A stretch of DNA of 64,000 bases, taken from the NCBI GenBank assembly GCA_023381695.1, contig JAMCQP010000083.1, positions 5,165 through 69,164 on the forward strand, read 5' to 3'. Numbering within the stretch: the stretch's first letter is position 1; each line of letters starts with the position of its first letter. Of this stretch, positions 48,469 to 57,488 are shown piece by piece. The notes below the pieces were generated by a model, which worked only from the letters and a program-made list of their open reading frames with translations, did not search any database and was not told the DNA's origin. The translations under genes and the position numbers were made by a program. Origin of the DNA: Bacillota bacterium (GTDB lineage Bacteria; Bacillota; UBA5301; JAMCQP01).

Positions 48469-49485
48469 ATGAAGGACTTTAGCGTGGGGATTGTGAGCAC
48501 CGGCATCTACCTGCCGGAGAATTGTCATGACAGCGCCTATATTGCTCAGGAAACCGGAATCCCAATCGAGGTCATTGAAAAGAAGTTCGGGATCAAGAGG
48601 AAACCGCGGGCCGGCGACAAGGATCAATCGGCCTACATGGCGGTCAAGGCGGCGCAAAAGGCTCTGGACGGCCACGATCCCAAAGAAATTGATCTATTGA
48701 TCTGGACGGGCAGTGAGCACAAGGACTTTTACGTCTGGTCGGCGGGGATCAAGGTACAGCATGAAATCGGGGCTCAAAACGCCTGGGCCATCGATGTGGC
48801 GGCCCGTTGTTCCACGAACATCGTGGCCTTGAAGCTGGTCAAGGATATCATGCAATCCGATCCGGCCATCAATACGGTGCTGTTGGCCGGCGGGCACCGG
48901 ACCTGTGATCTGATCAATTACAAGAACGAGCGGGCCCGTTTCCTGATCAACCTCAGCGACGGGGGAAGCGCCATTCTTCTGAAGAAGAGCCACCCCGCAA
49001 ACCTGGTTTTGGGCACCTCGATCATCACCGACGGCGCCTTTTCCGAGGATGTGATCATCCCGGCCGGCGGGACCCGGATGCCCACCAGCCGCGAGACCAT
49101 CGAACGGGGGCTGCACTTTTTCGATGTGCCGGATCCGCAAGGGATGAAGGAACGGCTGGACAAGTCGTCCATGCGCAATTTTGTAAAAGTCATCCAGGAG
49201 GCGGTGGAAAAGAGCGGGTACAAGGTTGAAGATATCGATTATCTGGCCCTGCTCCACATGAAACGTTCCGCCCATGATTACATTTTGAGCGAGTTGGGGC
49301 TCAACCAATCCCAATCCATCTACCTGGACGACTACGGGCATATTGGGGCGCCTGATCAGGTGCTTTCCCTGGAATTGGCCAGCCGGCAGGGCAAGGTCAA
49401 GGACGGGGATCTGGTGGTGTTGGCCAGCGCCGGGATCGGCTATACCTGGGCGGCCACCGTCATCAAGTGGGGGCCGGCTGTCTAG
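48469..49485 (+). CDS. FabH-like (3-oxoacyl-ACP synthase III superfamily) enzyme with Cys-His-His triad
   Basis: TGIYLP, AARCS, SDGGSA, LLHMK, YGHIG, AGIGYTW. Confidence 0.88.
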   Translation: MKDFSVGIVSTGIYLPENCHDSAYIAQETGIPIEVIEKKFGIKRKPRAGDKDQSAYMAVKAAQKALDGHDPKEIDLLIWTGSEHKDFYVWSAGIKVQHEIGAQNAWAIDVAARCSTNIVALKLVKDIMQSDPAINTVLLAGGHRTCDLINYKNERARFLINLSDGGSAILLKKSHPANLVLGTSIITDGAFSEDVIIPAGGTRMPTSRETIERGLHFFDVPDPQGMKERLDKSSMRNFVKVIQEAVEKSGYKVEDIDYLALLHMKRSAHDYILSELGLNQSQSIYLDDYGHIGAPDQVLSLELASRQGKVKDGDLVVLASAGIGYTWAATVIKWGPAV

Positions 49486-49567
49486 CGGGACTAGCAGGCT
49501 AAGAGATTTGAGGAGAATGGTGCTTAACTTTAGGAAAATGCGAAACCAAAATGGGGGGCCAGACAGA

Positions 49568-50308
49568 ATGCGACTAAAAGACAAAGTGGCGGTTATCACC
49601 GGCGGTGCAAGGGGTATCGGCAAGGAGACGGCGCTTCTCTTCGCCCGGGAAGGCGGCAGGGTGGTCATCTGCGATGTGGATGCGCAGACGGGTCAGGCGG
49701 CCCTGGAAGAGATCAAGGCCTGTGGAGCCGGCGCCCTCTTCTACAAGGTCGATGTCACGAACCGTGCCGAGGTGGCGGCCATGGTGGACGGCGCCGTGCA
49801 GAAATTCGGCCGGATTGACATTCTGATCAACAACGCCGGGATCACCCAGGACGGCTTTCTTACCAAGCTGACCGAGGAGCAGTGGGACAGGGTGGTCGAC
49901 ATCAATCTCAAGGGGGTCTTCAACTGCTCCCAGGCTGTGGCGCAGGTGATGCTGAACCAGGGGCGCGGCAAGATCATCAATGCTTCTTCGGTGGTGGGAG
50001 TCTATGGCAACATCGGCCAGACCAACTATGCGGCCACCAAGGCCGGCGTCATCGGGATGACCCGGAGCTGGGCGAAAGAACTGGGCAAGAAAGGGATTAA
50101 CGTGAACGCCGTGGCGCCCGGGTTTATCGTCACCGATATGACCAGCAAGGTTCCGGAGAAGGTGCTGGATCTGATGAAGGAGAAAACGCCGCTTGGCCGG
50201 CTGGGGCAGCCGAAGGATATCGCCAATGCCTACCTTTTCCTGGCCTCGGACGAGGCGGACTACGTGAACGGCGCGATATTGAGCGTGGATGGCGGGTTGG
50301 TGCTCTGA
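49568..50308 (+). CDS. SDR oxidoreductase, FabG/acetoacetyl-CoA reductase-like
   Basis: TGGARGIG, NNAG, GQTNYAATK, VAPGFI.T; Asp after beta2 (ICDVD) suggests NAD(H) preference. Confidence 0.92.
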   Translation: MRLKDKVAVITGGARGIGKETALLFAREGGRVVICDVDAQTGQAALEEIKACGAGALFYKVDVTNRAEVAAMVDGAVQKFGRIDILINNAGITQDGFLTKLTEEQWDRVVDINLKGVFNCSQAVAQVMLNQGRGKIINASSVVGVYGNIGQTNYAATKAGVIGMTRSWAKELGKKGINVNAVAPGFIVTDMTSKVPEKVLDLMKEKTPLGRLGQPKDIANAYLFLASDEADYVNGAILSVDGGLVL

Positions 50309-50385
50309 GAGCGAGAGTGAAAGTGAAAGTGGCCAGCGCGCCGGGAGGGCGCAGTGGTCACTGAGATATCGTTGGAGGGGATACC

Positions 50386-51681
50386 TTGGACGTAAAGGAT
50401 CTGTACAACAAGAAGCTGCTCTCCATACCGGAGGCTGTGAAACTGGTCAAGTCCAATCAAGGCATCGGGGTCGCCATGGCCGGTTCCGAACCGCCGGGGC
50501 TTTTAGGGGCTCTGGGGAGCCGCAAGGATGAGGTGGAGAGTGTCTCGGTGATTACCACCCTCACCCTGAAACCCTACGATTTCTTTTCCAAGCCCGAGAT
50601 GCGGGGGCATTTCCTGATGGAAACCTGGTTTTACGGGGAGCCGGCCCGGGCCGCCCATCAGTACGGCACGGTCTCGCTGATCCCGTCCAACCTGGGAGAG
50701 GCCGGTAGGAAGCGGGCGCAGTTTAACCCGCCGGATATCTTCTGGGGTACAGCCACGCCCATGGATAAATTCGGTTACTTCTCGCTCTCCCTGGGTGTGA
50801 CCTACGAGAAGATCCTTCTACGGAGCGCCAAAATGGTGGTGCTGGAGATTAACGAAAACCTGCCGCGGACTTTGGGCGACACCATGGTGCACATCTCCGA
50901 GGTGGATTACGTGGTGGAGAATACCTGCCCGCTGGTGGAGCTTCCAGTGGTGGAGCCCTCCCCGGAAGATATCGCCGTCGGCAATTACATCGCGGATCTC
51001 ATCGAGGACGGTTCCACCATCCAGCTTGGGATTGGCGGGATTCCCAACGCCATCACCAGATCGCTCATGGACAAGAAGGACCTGGGTGTCCATACGGAGA
51101 TGTTCACCGACGGCATGGTGGATCTGTATCACGCCGGGGTGATCACCGGGAGGCAGAAGACCCTCTGGCCGGAGAAGATGGTGGGCACCTTTGCGCTGGG
51201 GACCAAAAAGCTCTACGACTTTATCGACGACAACCTGGCGGTGGAGTTCCAGCAAGGCTACATCACCAACAGTCCGGAGATCATCGCCAAAAACCACAAG
51301 ATGGTGAGCATCAATACCTCCCTGCAGATCGATCTCACCGGGCAATGCTGCTCGGAGTCTCTGGGCGCCATCCAGTACAGCGGCGCGGGCGGGCAGAGCG
51401 ACACCCAGCGGGGAGCCCAGATGTCGCCGGGAGGCAAAGCCTTCATTGCCCTGAGGTCCACCGCCAGGAAAGGCACGGTCTCCACCATTGTACCCCAGCT
51501 CACGCCGGGCGCGTACGTCACCCTCAACCGGATGGATGTGGATTACGTGGTGACCGAGCACGGGGTGGCCCACCTCAAGGGCCGTTGCGTGCGAGACCGG
51601 GCGAAGGCCCTGATCAGCATCGCGCATCCGGATTTCCGGGGGGGGTTGAGAAAAGAAGCGGAACGGCTGCGGCTGTGGTAG
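50386..51681 (+). CDS. Acetyl-CoA hydrolase/transferase family (4-hydroxybutyrate CoA-transferase-like)
   Basis: QLGIGGIP, DLGVHTEM, SGAGGQ.D, VVTEHG.A.L motifs. Confidence 0.92.
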   Translation: MDVKDLYNKKLLSIPEAVKLVKSNQGIGVAMAGSEPPGLLGALGSRKDEVESVSVITTLTLKPYDFFSKPEMRGHFLMETWFYGEPARAAHQYGTVSLIPSNLGEAGRKRAQFNPPDIFWGTATPMDKFGYFSLSLGVTYEKILLRSAKMVVLEINENLPRTLGDTMVHISEVDYVVENTCPLVELPVVEPSPEDIAVGNYIADLIEDGSTIQLGIGGIPNAITRSLMDKKDLGVHTEMFTDGMVDLYHAGVITGRQKTLWPEKMVGTFALGTKKLYDFIDDNLAVEFQQGYITNSPEIIAKNHKMVSINTSLQIDLTGQCCSESLGAIQYSGAGGQSDTQRGAQMSPGGKAFIALRSTARKGTVSTIVPQLTPGAYVTLNRMDVDYVVTEHGVAHLKGRCVRDRAKALISIAHPDFRGGLRKEAERLRLW

Positions 51682-51819
51682 CTTAGCCCCCCATGGCCGT
51701 GGTAGCTAAACGCCATGGCTTTGGTAGCCAAACCACCAACAGGGAGGTGGCCAGATGGATCCCACACTTGAGGCGATTGTCAAGGCGCTCCCATTCTGAG
51801 GAGTTTGCCAGGCTAATTT

Positions 51820-51851
51820 AAAGTCTGAAACGAGGAAAGTCTGAAACGAGG
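51820..51851 (+). repeat. Perfect 16-bp tandem duplication covering the RBS
   Basis: AAAGTCTGAAACGAGG x2. Confidence 0.9.
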
Positions 51852-51860
51852 TAGTTTAGC

Positions 51861-52700
51861 ATGCCAATGGTGAAGGTCAACAACGTGGGATTATTTTACC
51901 AGATCCAGGGCAACGCGCAGGGGGAGACGGTGGTCTTTGTCAACGGCCTCTTGACCGACGCCGCCAGTTGGGCCCAGCATGTACCGGCCTTTTCCAAAGG
52001 TTACAGGGTGGTGACCTACGACTGCCGCGGCCAGGGGCAGTCCGACAAACCGGACCAGACCTACTATACCAGCCTGCATGCCCAGGATCTCCTTGGGCTG
52101 ATGGATGCGCTGGAAATCGACCGGGCGCACCTGGTGGGACTTTCCAACGGCGGGGCGGCGGTCCTGCAATTTGCCGTGGATAACCCCGAGCGGGCAAACA
52201 GCCTGGTGCTGGTGGACGCCTACGCCCGGGTGGATGCGATTCTAAAGGCGAAATTGCAGAGCTGGGTGGCGGCCATGGAAGCCGGCGGGAGCCCGTTGCG
52301 CTTTGATGTGGCCACTCCCTACGTCTGGGGAGGCTCCTTTCTGGAAAGAAATCTGGAGACGCTCAGCACCTTCCGCGAGAAGGGCCGCAACCTTCCGATC
52401 ACGCCTGCCAAAAACCTGATCCAGGGGGCCATGGTTCACGATTGCCTGGACAGGCTGGGCGAGATCAAGGCGCCGGTCTTGCTGGTGGTGGGAGAAGAGG
52501 ATATTCTCACCCCGGTGAAGTACTCCCGGGCGATCCAGGACCGGGTGGCCGGCGTGGAACTGGCAATTATCAAAGATGCCGGCCACGCGTCGTGCCTCGA
52601 AAAGGCCGCGGAGTTCAACCAGATTGTTCTGGATTTCCTGGCGCGGCGGGGAGCGGCGGCCACAAAGAATCAGGCGTTTGGAAACAGATCGGCAACATAA
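51861..52700 (+). CDS. Cytoplasmic alpha/beta hydrolase
   Basis: DCRGQG.S, nucleophile elbow GLSNG, GEED, DAGH. Confidence 0.92.
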   Translation: MPMVKVNNVGLFYQIQGNAQGETVVFVNGLLTDAASWAQHVPAFSKGYRVVTYDCRGQGQSDKPDQTYYTSLHAQDLLGLMDALEIDRAHLVGLSNGGAAVLQFAVDNPERANSLVLVDAYARVDAILKAKLQSWVAAMEAGGSPLRFDVATPYVWGGSFLERNLETLSTFREKGRNLPITPAKNLIQGAMVHDCLDRLGEIKAPVLLVVGEEDILTPVKYSRAIQDRVAGVELAIIKDAGHASCLEKAAEFNQIVLDFLARRGAAATKNQAFGNRSAT

Positions 52701-52726
52701 CAAGATCAATACAGGGGGTGGCCAGA

Positions 52727-54256
52727 GTGATCTTTCATGGCAATCCGGTAGACCGGCGATGGAGAAGAGCGGCAATCAATGCGTCAGTTTTCGGCCTGCT
52801 CTTCTTTATGGTTCTTGCGTGGGGGCCCATCGACACCGGTATGCGGACCGCGGAGGCGGCTACGAGAAATTTATGGATCTACAAGGGCTTTCAGCCTTCC
52901 AGTTTCTGGGACGGCGGGATCGAGATCCTGCAGGCCAATTTCGGTGGCTTCAGACCCCAGTACCACAACGAACGGACCGCCTTCAAGGTCAGCAATGATC
53001 TCTACTACGAGGTGGTGGAGAAGTCCAGGGAGATTCGGGCGGCCTGGGACAAGGTGAGTACCGGCGGAAAGCCCGAACCGGGTTACTTCCTGCTACACAA
53101 GCATAAGGGCTGGGATTGGTCAACATTGGATTCGGTGCCCGTTCTTTTAGTCCACGGCGCAATGCAGACCGGGCAGGACTGGATTCACACCTATGGGTCG
53201 GGCTATTGGGGCTTTTCATCGTTTCTCTACTACTATTACAACAAAAAGGTTTTTGCGGTTACCTTTTCGCACCCGCACGGCGACAATTACAATCAGGCCG
53301 CCGAACTTGCGGCGGCCATCGACCGCGTGAAGTATCTTACCGGCGCCGACAAGGTGGATGTGATCTCCTGGAGCAAGGGCTCGATCCCCGCCCGGCTCTA
53401 TCTCTCCAATGTGGCAACCTGGGATGGCCGGGGTTCCTTTGTTCCATTGTATGGTAACGAGGTGAGGAAGTACGCCAGTGTCGCCGGGCCGAATCTGGGT
53501 ATCGACTTTAATTTCCGGCATCCGTACAATAATTACCAACTGGTTACGCTTGATCCTGCTTCACAAGGCGCCAACGGGCCGCTGGCCTGGACCGATGTGA
53601 ACCGGACGCTGGCCACCAGTTCGGATATCGGGGCCGGAGACATCGGCAATCTCACCATTTACAGCGCCTGCTACCCTGGCCAACATCAGATTGCCTATCC
53701 GCATACCGAGTATAGCGTGGACGATCCATCCATTCTGGACATTCCGGAGCAGGATGGGAAGTTCCTTGGAATTTTGCAGGATAAGTATTTCGGCGGTTAC
53801 ACCATAAACACCGCCGATCGGCTCAAACTCAGGCACATTAACTTCTATGGCGGAGACTATACGGCAAGCGCAGATGGATATTCACCGCAATATTTCTTTA
53901 CCTCCGGCGGGATTGCCGCGGCCCAGGCCATCGATGGTTCCCTGATTGACCGGATGCGATATAAAAAGGTTCTCAGCGACCAGACGTACATTGTCTACGG
54001 CACCAGCCAGAACAGCCTGCCCGGTATTTTCCCGGAAAAGGACGGCCCGTCGGACGCGGTTTTGTTTGAAAATAGCGCGGCCAATTCAGATTGGGTGGAC
54101 AACCTGACCGGGATCCGTTCGATCTACGCCAATCATATCGAGATCTTGTCCGGCATGGCTTTTAGCGGCTACAACGGGGATGACTACCGCCCGTTCGCCT
54201 ACTTTTACAGCTGGTGGGAGCCGTTGTATGTTATCGCTCAGATGCTCTACTACTAA
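52727..54256 (+). CDS. Secreted lipase/esterase-type alpha/beta hydrolase, candidate extracellular PHA depolymerase
   Basis: Signal peptide ending AEA; PVLLVHG oxyanion motif; KVDVISWSKG nucleophile; later GPSDAVL and ANHIEIL (candidate Asp and His); very Tyr/Trp-rich. Confidence 0.8.
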   Translation: MIFHGNPVDRRWRRAAINASVFGLLFFMVLAWGPIDTGMRTAEAATRNLWIYKGFQPSSFWDGGIEILQANFGGFRPQYHNERTAFKVSNDLYYEVVEKSREIRAAWDKVSTGGKPEPGYFLLHKHKGWDWSTLDSVPVLLVHGAMQTGQDWIHTYGSGYWGFSSFLYYYYNKKVFAVTFSHPHGDNYNQAAELAAAIDRVKYLTGADKVDVISWSKGSIPARLYLSNVATWDGRGSFVPLYGNEVRKYASVAGPNLGIDFNFRHPYNNYQLVTLDPASQGANGPLAWTDVNRTLATSSDIGAGDIGNLTIYSACYPGQHQIAYPHTEYSVDDPSILDIPEQDGKFLGILQDKYFGGYTINTADRLKLRHINFYGGDYTASADGYSPQYFFTSGGIAAAQAIDGSLIDRMRYKKVLSDQTYIVYGTSQNSLPGIFPEKDGPSDAVLFENSAANSDWVDNLTGIRSIYANHIEILSGMAFSGYNGDDYRPFAYFYSWWEPLYVIAQMLYY

Positions 54257-54293
54257 TAGTCCCGGACCTGTTGGCGTGATCGGTATTGGTGCC

Positions 54294-55604
54294 ATGGTTG
54301 CCGCGATATTGCTGTTGCTCCCGGGGATCGGTGAAGGAGCCCTTCCCGGGGAGAAGGTTCTCCTGGGAGAAATCGAGGGAGCGCCAATCACCCTGGAAAG
54401 TTTCAAAGAGGCCTTGCGCCACGATCCGCTTCGTGCCTTCGAGAGGAGTGCCAGGCCGGAGTTTGCGCCGGCCCCGGAGGGCCGGCCGGAGTTGAAGCGG
54501 CATTTGGAAGAGTATCTTACAAACGAAGTCCTCTACCGGGAAGCAGTCCACAACGGTTTTCCCGCTGCTCCGGAAGTTGCGGCGGATCTGGCGGTAACCA
54601 TGAGAAGCTTTACGATTGAATATTTCAGGGCCAGCCTGCAGGCGGAGGCGCAAAAGCAGGTAACCATTTCCGATGAAGACCTGGCGGCTTTTGGCACTAA
54701 TTATCTGGTGGAGCTGGTAGGGATCTCGTTTAATCCCGGGATACCGGATGAAGAAAAGCGGGCACGGCGGGCGGCGGAGGAGATCCGAAAGTTGCTGGCG
54801 GATGGCGCCGCAGAATTCGATCAAGTGGTTGGCGCCTACCTCGAGCAACGGTTGGCTGCCAGCCAGGCAGGCTTTCTTGCCGAAAAGTATGCCGGATGGC
54901 TGGCGGCGCCGGACCTTCCCCCGGTTCTGGGCGCGGAGATCCAGAAGCTTAAAGACGGCGATGTTTCCCGGGTCATACGCTCCGGCGCCAGGTACATGGT
55001 CTTTCGGCTCAAGGAACGCCGGAAACTTTCAGCCCGGGAGGCCGGAAGCGACCGGCTCCTTCAGGCCCGGATCGCCGGCGGGAAGGCCAGTATGCTGCTC
55101 CAGCAGGATTACCAGCGGATGTTTGAAAGACACATGGCCAGGATTGCCTTTAATCCGGATAACCTTTATGATCGGCGCAAGTACGGCGAGACGTTGATCG
55201 GATTGGGGGATTTTTACCGGATTGACGTCTACGAATTTCTGGAAAGGGTTAATCAGATGAAGATCCCCACGGTGGGGCAGATAGGCGCTACGTACTTTGT
55301 GGATCCGGCCAACCGGCAAAACGCGGAGCGGTTTATCCAGATCTACTTTATCAGCCCGCTGATCTACTATCTGGAGGGGAAGGAGCGAAAGCTGGACGAA
55401 CTTCCGGATTTCCGGGCGGCTTACGATTACCGGAGAAGGGTAACTATTGCTCAACTCTACCTTCAGCACCAGCGGCAGGTATTTCGTCAAAAGTTGAACG
55501 GCCAGTGCCAGGAGATTGATCTAGCCGAGGAACGTCTTGCTTTCTGGCAGAAGAGCCTCTGGCGGAAGTACGGCGCCAGGATGTCCGCGGAGTTGCTTCC
55601 GTAA
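54294..55604 (+). CDS. Exported PrsA/SurA-like chaperone with degenerate parvulin domain
   Basis: Signal peptide; GEIEGAPIT, VLYREA...G, VTISDEDL; parvulin-like GWL...LPP.L...I..LK.GDVS.VI; both catalytic His positions replaced. Confidence 0.7.
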   Translation: MVAAILLLLPGIGEGALPGEKVLLGEIEGAPITLESFKEALRHDPLRAFERSARPEFAPAPEGRPELKRHLEEYLTNEVLYREAVHNGFPAAPEVAADLAVTMRSFTIEYFRASLQAEAQKQVTISDEDLAAFGTNYLVELVGISFNPGIPDEEKRARRAAEEIRKLLADGAAEFDQVVGAYLEQRLAASQAGFLAEKYAGWLAAPDLPPVLGAEIQKLKDGDVSRVIRSGARYMVFRLKERRKLSAREAGSDRLLQARIAGGKASMLLQQDYQRMFERHMARIAFNPDNLYDRRKYGETLIGLGDFYRIDVYEFLERVNQMKIPTVGQIGATYFVDPANRQNAERFIQIYFISPLIYYLEGKERKLDELPDFRAAYDYRRRVTIAQLYLQHQRQVFRQKLNGQCQEIDLAEERLAFWQKSLWRKYGARMSAELLP

Positions 55605-55661
55605 GAAGGCCTGCTGATAGAGCTTTCATAAGGATCTAAAACAAAAAGGGGGACTGAAAAG

Positions 55662-56546
55662 ATGGGAAAGCCTGAGTTGAAGACGGTGAAACTGGCAAAC
55701 GGCGAGACGATGGGTTACCGGGTGGTTGGCGAAGGGAAGAGGAATGTTCTCCTGATTCATGGCAATCTGGTCTCCTCCAAGTACTGGGAAAGGCTGATGG
55801 CCGATCTTCCGGCCGGGTACAAGGTGTATGCGGTGGATCTGCGGGGTGTAGGGCTGTCTTCGTATCATAAGCCCGTCAATTCCATAAAGGACTTTGCGGA
55901 GGATGTGCGGCAGTTCGTGGACACCATGAATCTGGACCGGTTTATCCTGGTCGGCTGGTCCATGGGTGGAGGCGTGGCCCAGCTCTTTGCCGCCGAAGAT
56001 CCCGCCAGGGTGGAGAAGCTCGTCCTGGTGGATTCGGTTTCATCCAAGGGATTCCCTTATCCCGACCCGAGCACCGGCCAATTCCTCAAGACCAGAGAAG
56101 AAGTCCTGACCAAAGGCGCCGGGGATCTGGCGGCGCTTCTGGCCCAGAAGAGTTTCGACGGTTTCAAGGCGGTGTGGGACGTGGCGGTATTCAACGTGAT
56201 CAAACCCGAGGAAAGCTTTTACAAGGAGCTTGTGGAGGATGTGCTGACCTGCCGGTTCTTCCCGGATTCGGCCTGGGCCATGCACAACTTCAACATCTCC
56301 CGCGAGCATAACGGTGTCGTGGACGGCAACGGACTAGCTGACAGGCTCACCATGCCGGTGCTGGTGATCCGGGGCGAGAGCGACGCGATCATCAACCAGC
56401 AGATGGCCGACGAGACGGTCAAGGCCATTGGCGACAACGCGCAATTGAAGATTGTCGCGGGCGCCGCCCACGCGCCGTTCCTCGACAAGCCGGAAGAATT
56501 CCTGTCGATCTTTGAAAAGTTCGTGGCGGAAGCTCCGGCGGCGTAA
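55662..56546 (+). CDS. Alpha/beta hydrolase resembling Bacillus-type intracellular PHB depolymerase PhaZ
   Basis: LANGETMGYR, LIHGNLVSS..W, DLRG.G.SSY, GWSMGGGVA, FNISREHNG..DGNG, as recalled for the B. thuringiensis PhaZ family. Confidence 0.78.
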   Translation: MGKPELKTVKLANGETMGYRVVGEGKRNVLLIHGNLVSSKYWERLMADLPAGYKVYAVDLRGVGLSSYHKPVNSIKDFAEDVRQFVDTMNLDRFILVGWSMGGGVAQLFAAEDPARVEKLVLVDSVSSKGFPYPDPSTGQFLKTREEVLTKGAGDLAALLAQKSFDGFKAVWDVAVFNVIKPEESFYKELVEDVLTCRFFPDSAWAMHNFNISREHNGVVDGNGLADRLTMPVLVIRGESDAIINQQMADETVKAIGDNAQLKIVAGAAHAPFLDKPEEFLSIFEKFVAEAPAA

Positions 56547-56614
56547 GTTTCGAAGGGCATGAGCTTCGAAGCAGGTAGGGTAAAAGGGGCAAAGGGCTGA
56601 TAGGGGGGAAACGG

Positions 56615-57484
56615 TTGTTGGCACAACAAGTGGCAAGCGGGCTGGCGATGGGCTGTCTTTACGCGCTGGCCGCCCTGGGGCTGGTCTTGATCTACAAAAC
56701 CTCGGACATGGTGAACTTTGCCCAGGGCGAGATGTCGATGATCAGCACCTTTGTGGCTTATACCTTCCTATCGGTGGCCGGCCTGCCCTTGGCGGCGGCC
56801 TTCGTCCTGGCGGTGATCTTTGCCGGCCTCTTCGGGCTGGCGGTGGAGCGGGCCTTCCTGCGTCCGATTCAGAATGCCCCGGTGATCACTCTGATGATTG
56901 TCACCCTGGGCCTGTACCTGATCTTTAACGGCATAGCGGGCTGGATCTGGGGTTACGACCCGCGGAGCTTTCCGTATGCCGTGGTTGGCGGGCCGCTGGT
57001 GGTGGGCAAGGTGATCATCAGCCGGGACAGCCTGCTGGTCATGGGCGTAACCCTGTTTTTGACGCTGGCGCTCTACCTGGTGTTGAGGTTCAGCCTGGCC
57101 GGCATCGCCATGCGGGCTACGGCGCAAAACGCGGTAATGGCACGCCTGATGGGTGTTCCGGTGAAGCGCGTCCACTCCTGGGCCTGGGGGATCAGCGCTG
57201 TCCTGGGGGCGGTGGCCGGGATCCTGATCGCGCCCACCACCTTTCTGGATCCCAACATGATGGCGGAGATGAATATCAAGGCCTTTACCGCCGCGGTTCT
57301 CGGCGGCTTCTCCAGCCTGCCGGGGGCGGTGGCGGGGGGGCTGTTGCTCGGGGTGCTGGAAAATCTGGTGGCGGGTTACATCTCCACGGAATTTAAGAGC
57401 ACCTTTGCCTTCGGCCTGATCATTATCGTTCTGTGGCTGCGGCCCCATGGTCTTTTGGGCGCCCACCACCGAAAGAAGGTGTAA
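56615..57484 (+). CDS. Liv-type ABC permease (LivH-like), second system
   Basis: YALAALGLVLIY....VNFAQG, GIAMRATAQN, VLGGFSS. Confidence 0.92.
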   Translation: MLAQQVASGLAMGCLYALAALGLVLIYKTSDMVNFAQGEMSMISTFVAYTFLSVAGLPLAAAFVLAVIFAGLFGLAVERAFLRPIQNAPVITLMIVTLGLYLIFNGIAGWIWGYDPRSFPYAVVGGPLVVGKVIISRDSLLVMGVTLFLTLALYLVLRFSLAGIAMRATAQNAVMARLMGVPVKRVHSWAWGISAVLGAVAGILIAPTTFLDPNMMAEMNIKAFTAAVLGGFSSLPGAVAGGLLLGVLENLVAGYISTEFKSTFAFGLIIIVLWLRPHGLLGAHHRKKV

Positions 57485-57488
57485 GCGG

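Noticed and set aside
48469..50308. Fatty-acid or polyketide biosynthetic cluster (fabH-fabG)
   Set aside because: No ACP, FabD, FabF or dehydratase nearby; the atypical triad and degradative neighbours argue against it, though it is not formally excluded.
52442..52726. N-terminal extension of the secreted hydrolase ORF
   Set aside because: It overlaps the upstream hydrolase in another frame; the RBS and signal peptide fit a start at 52727.
52750..52775. Twin-arginine (Tat) signal in the secreted hydrolase (DRRWRR)
   Set aside because: It lacks the RRxFLK-type consensus; a Sec signal is the simpler reading.
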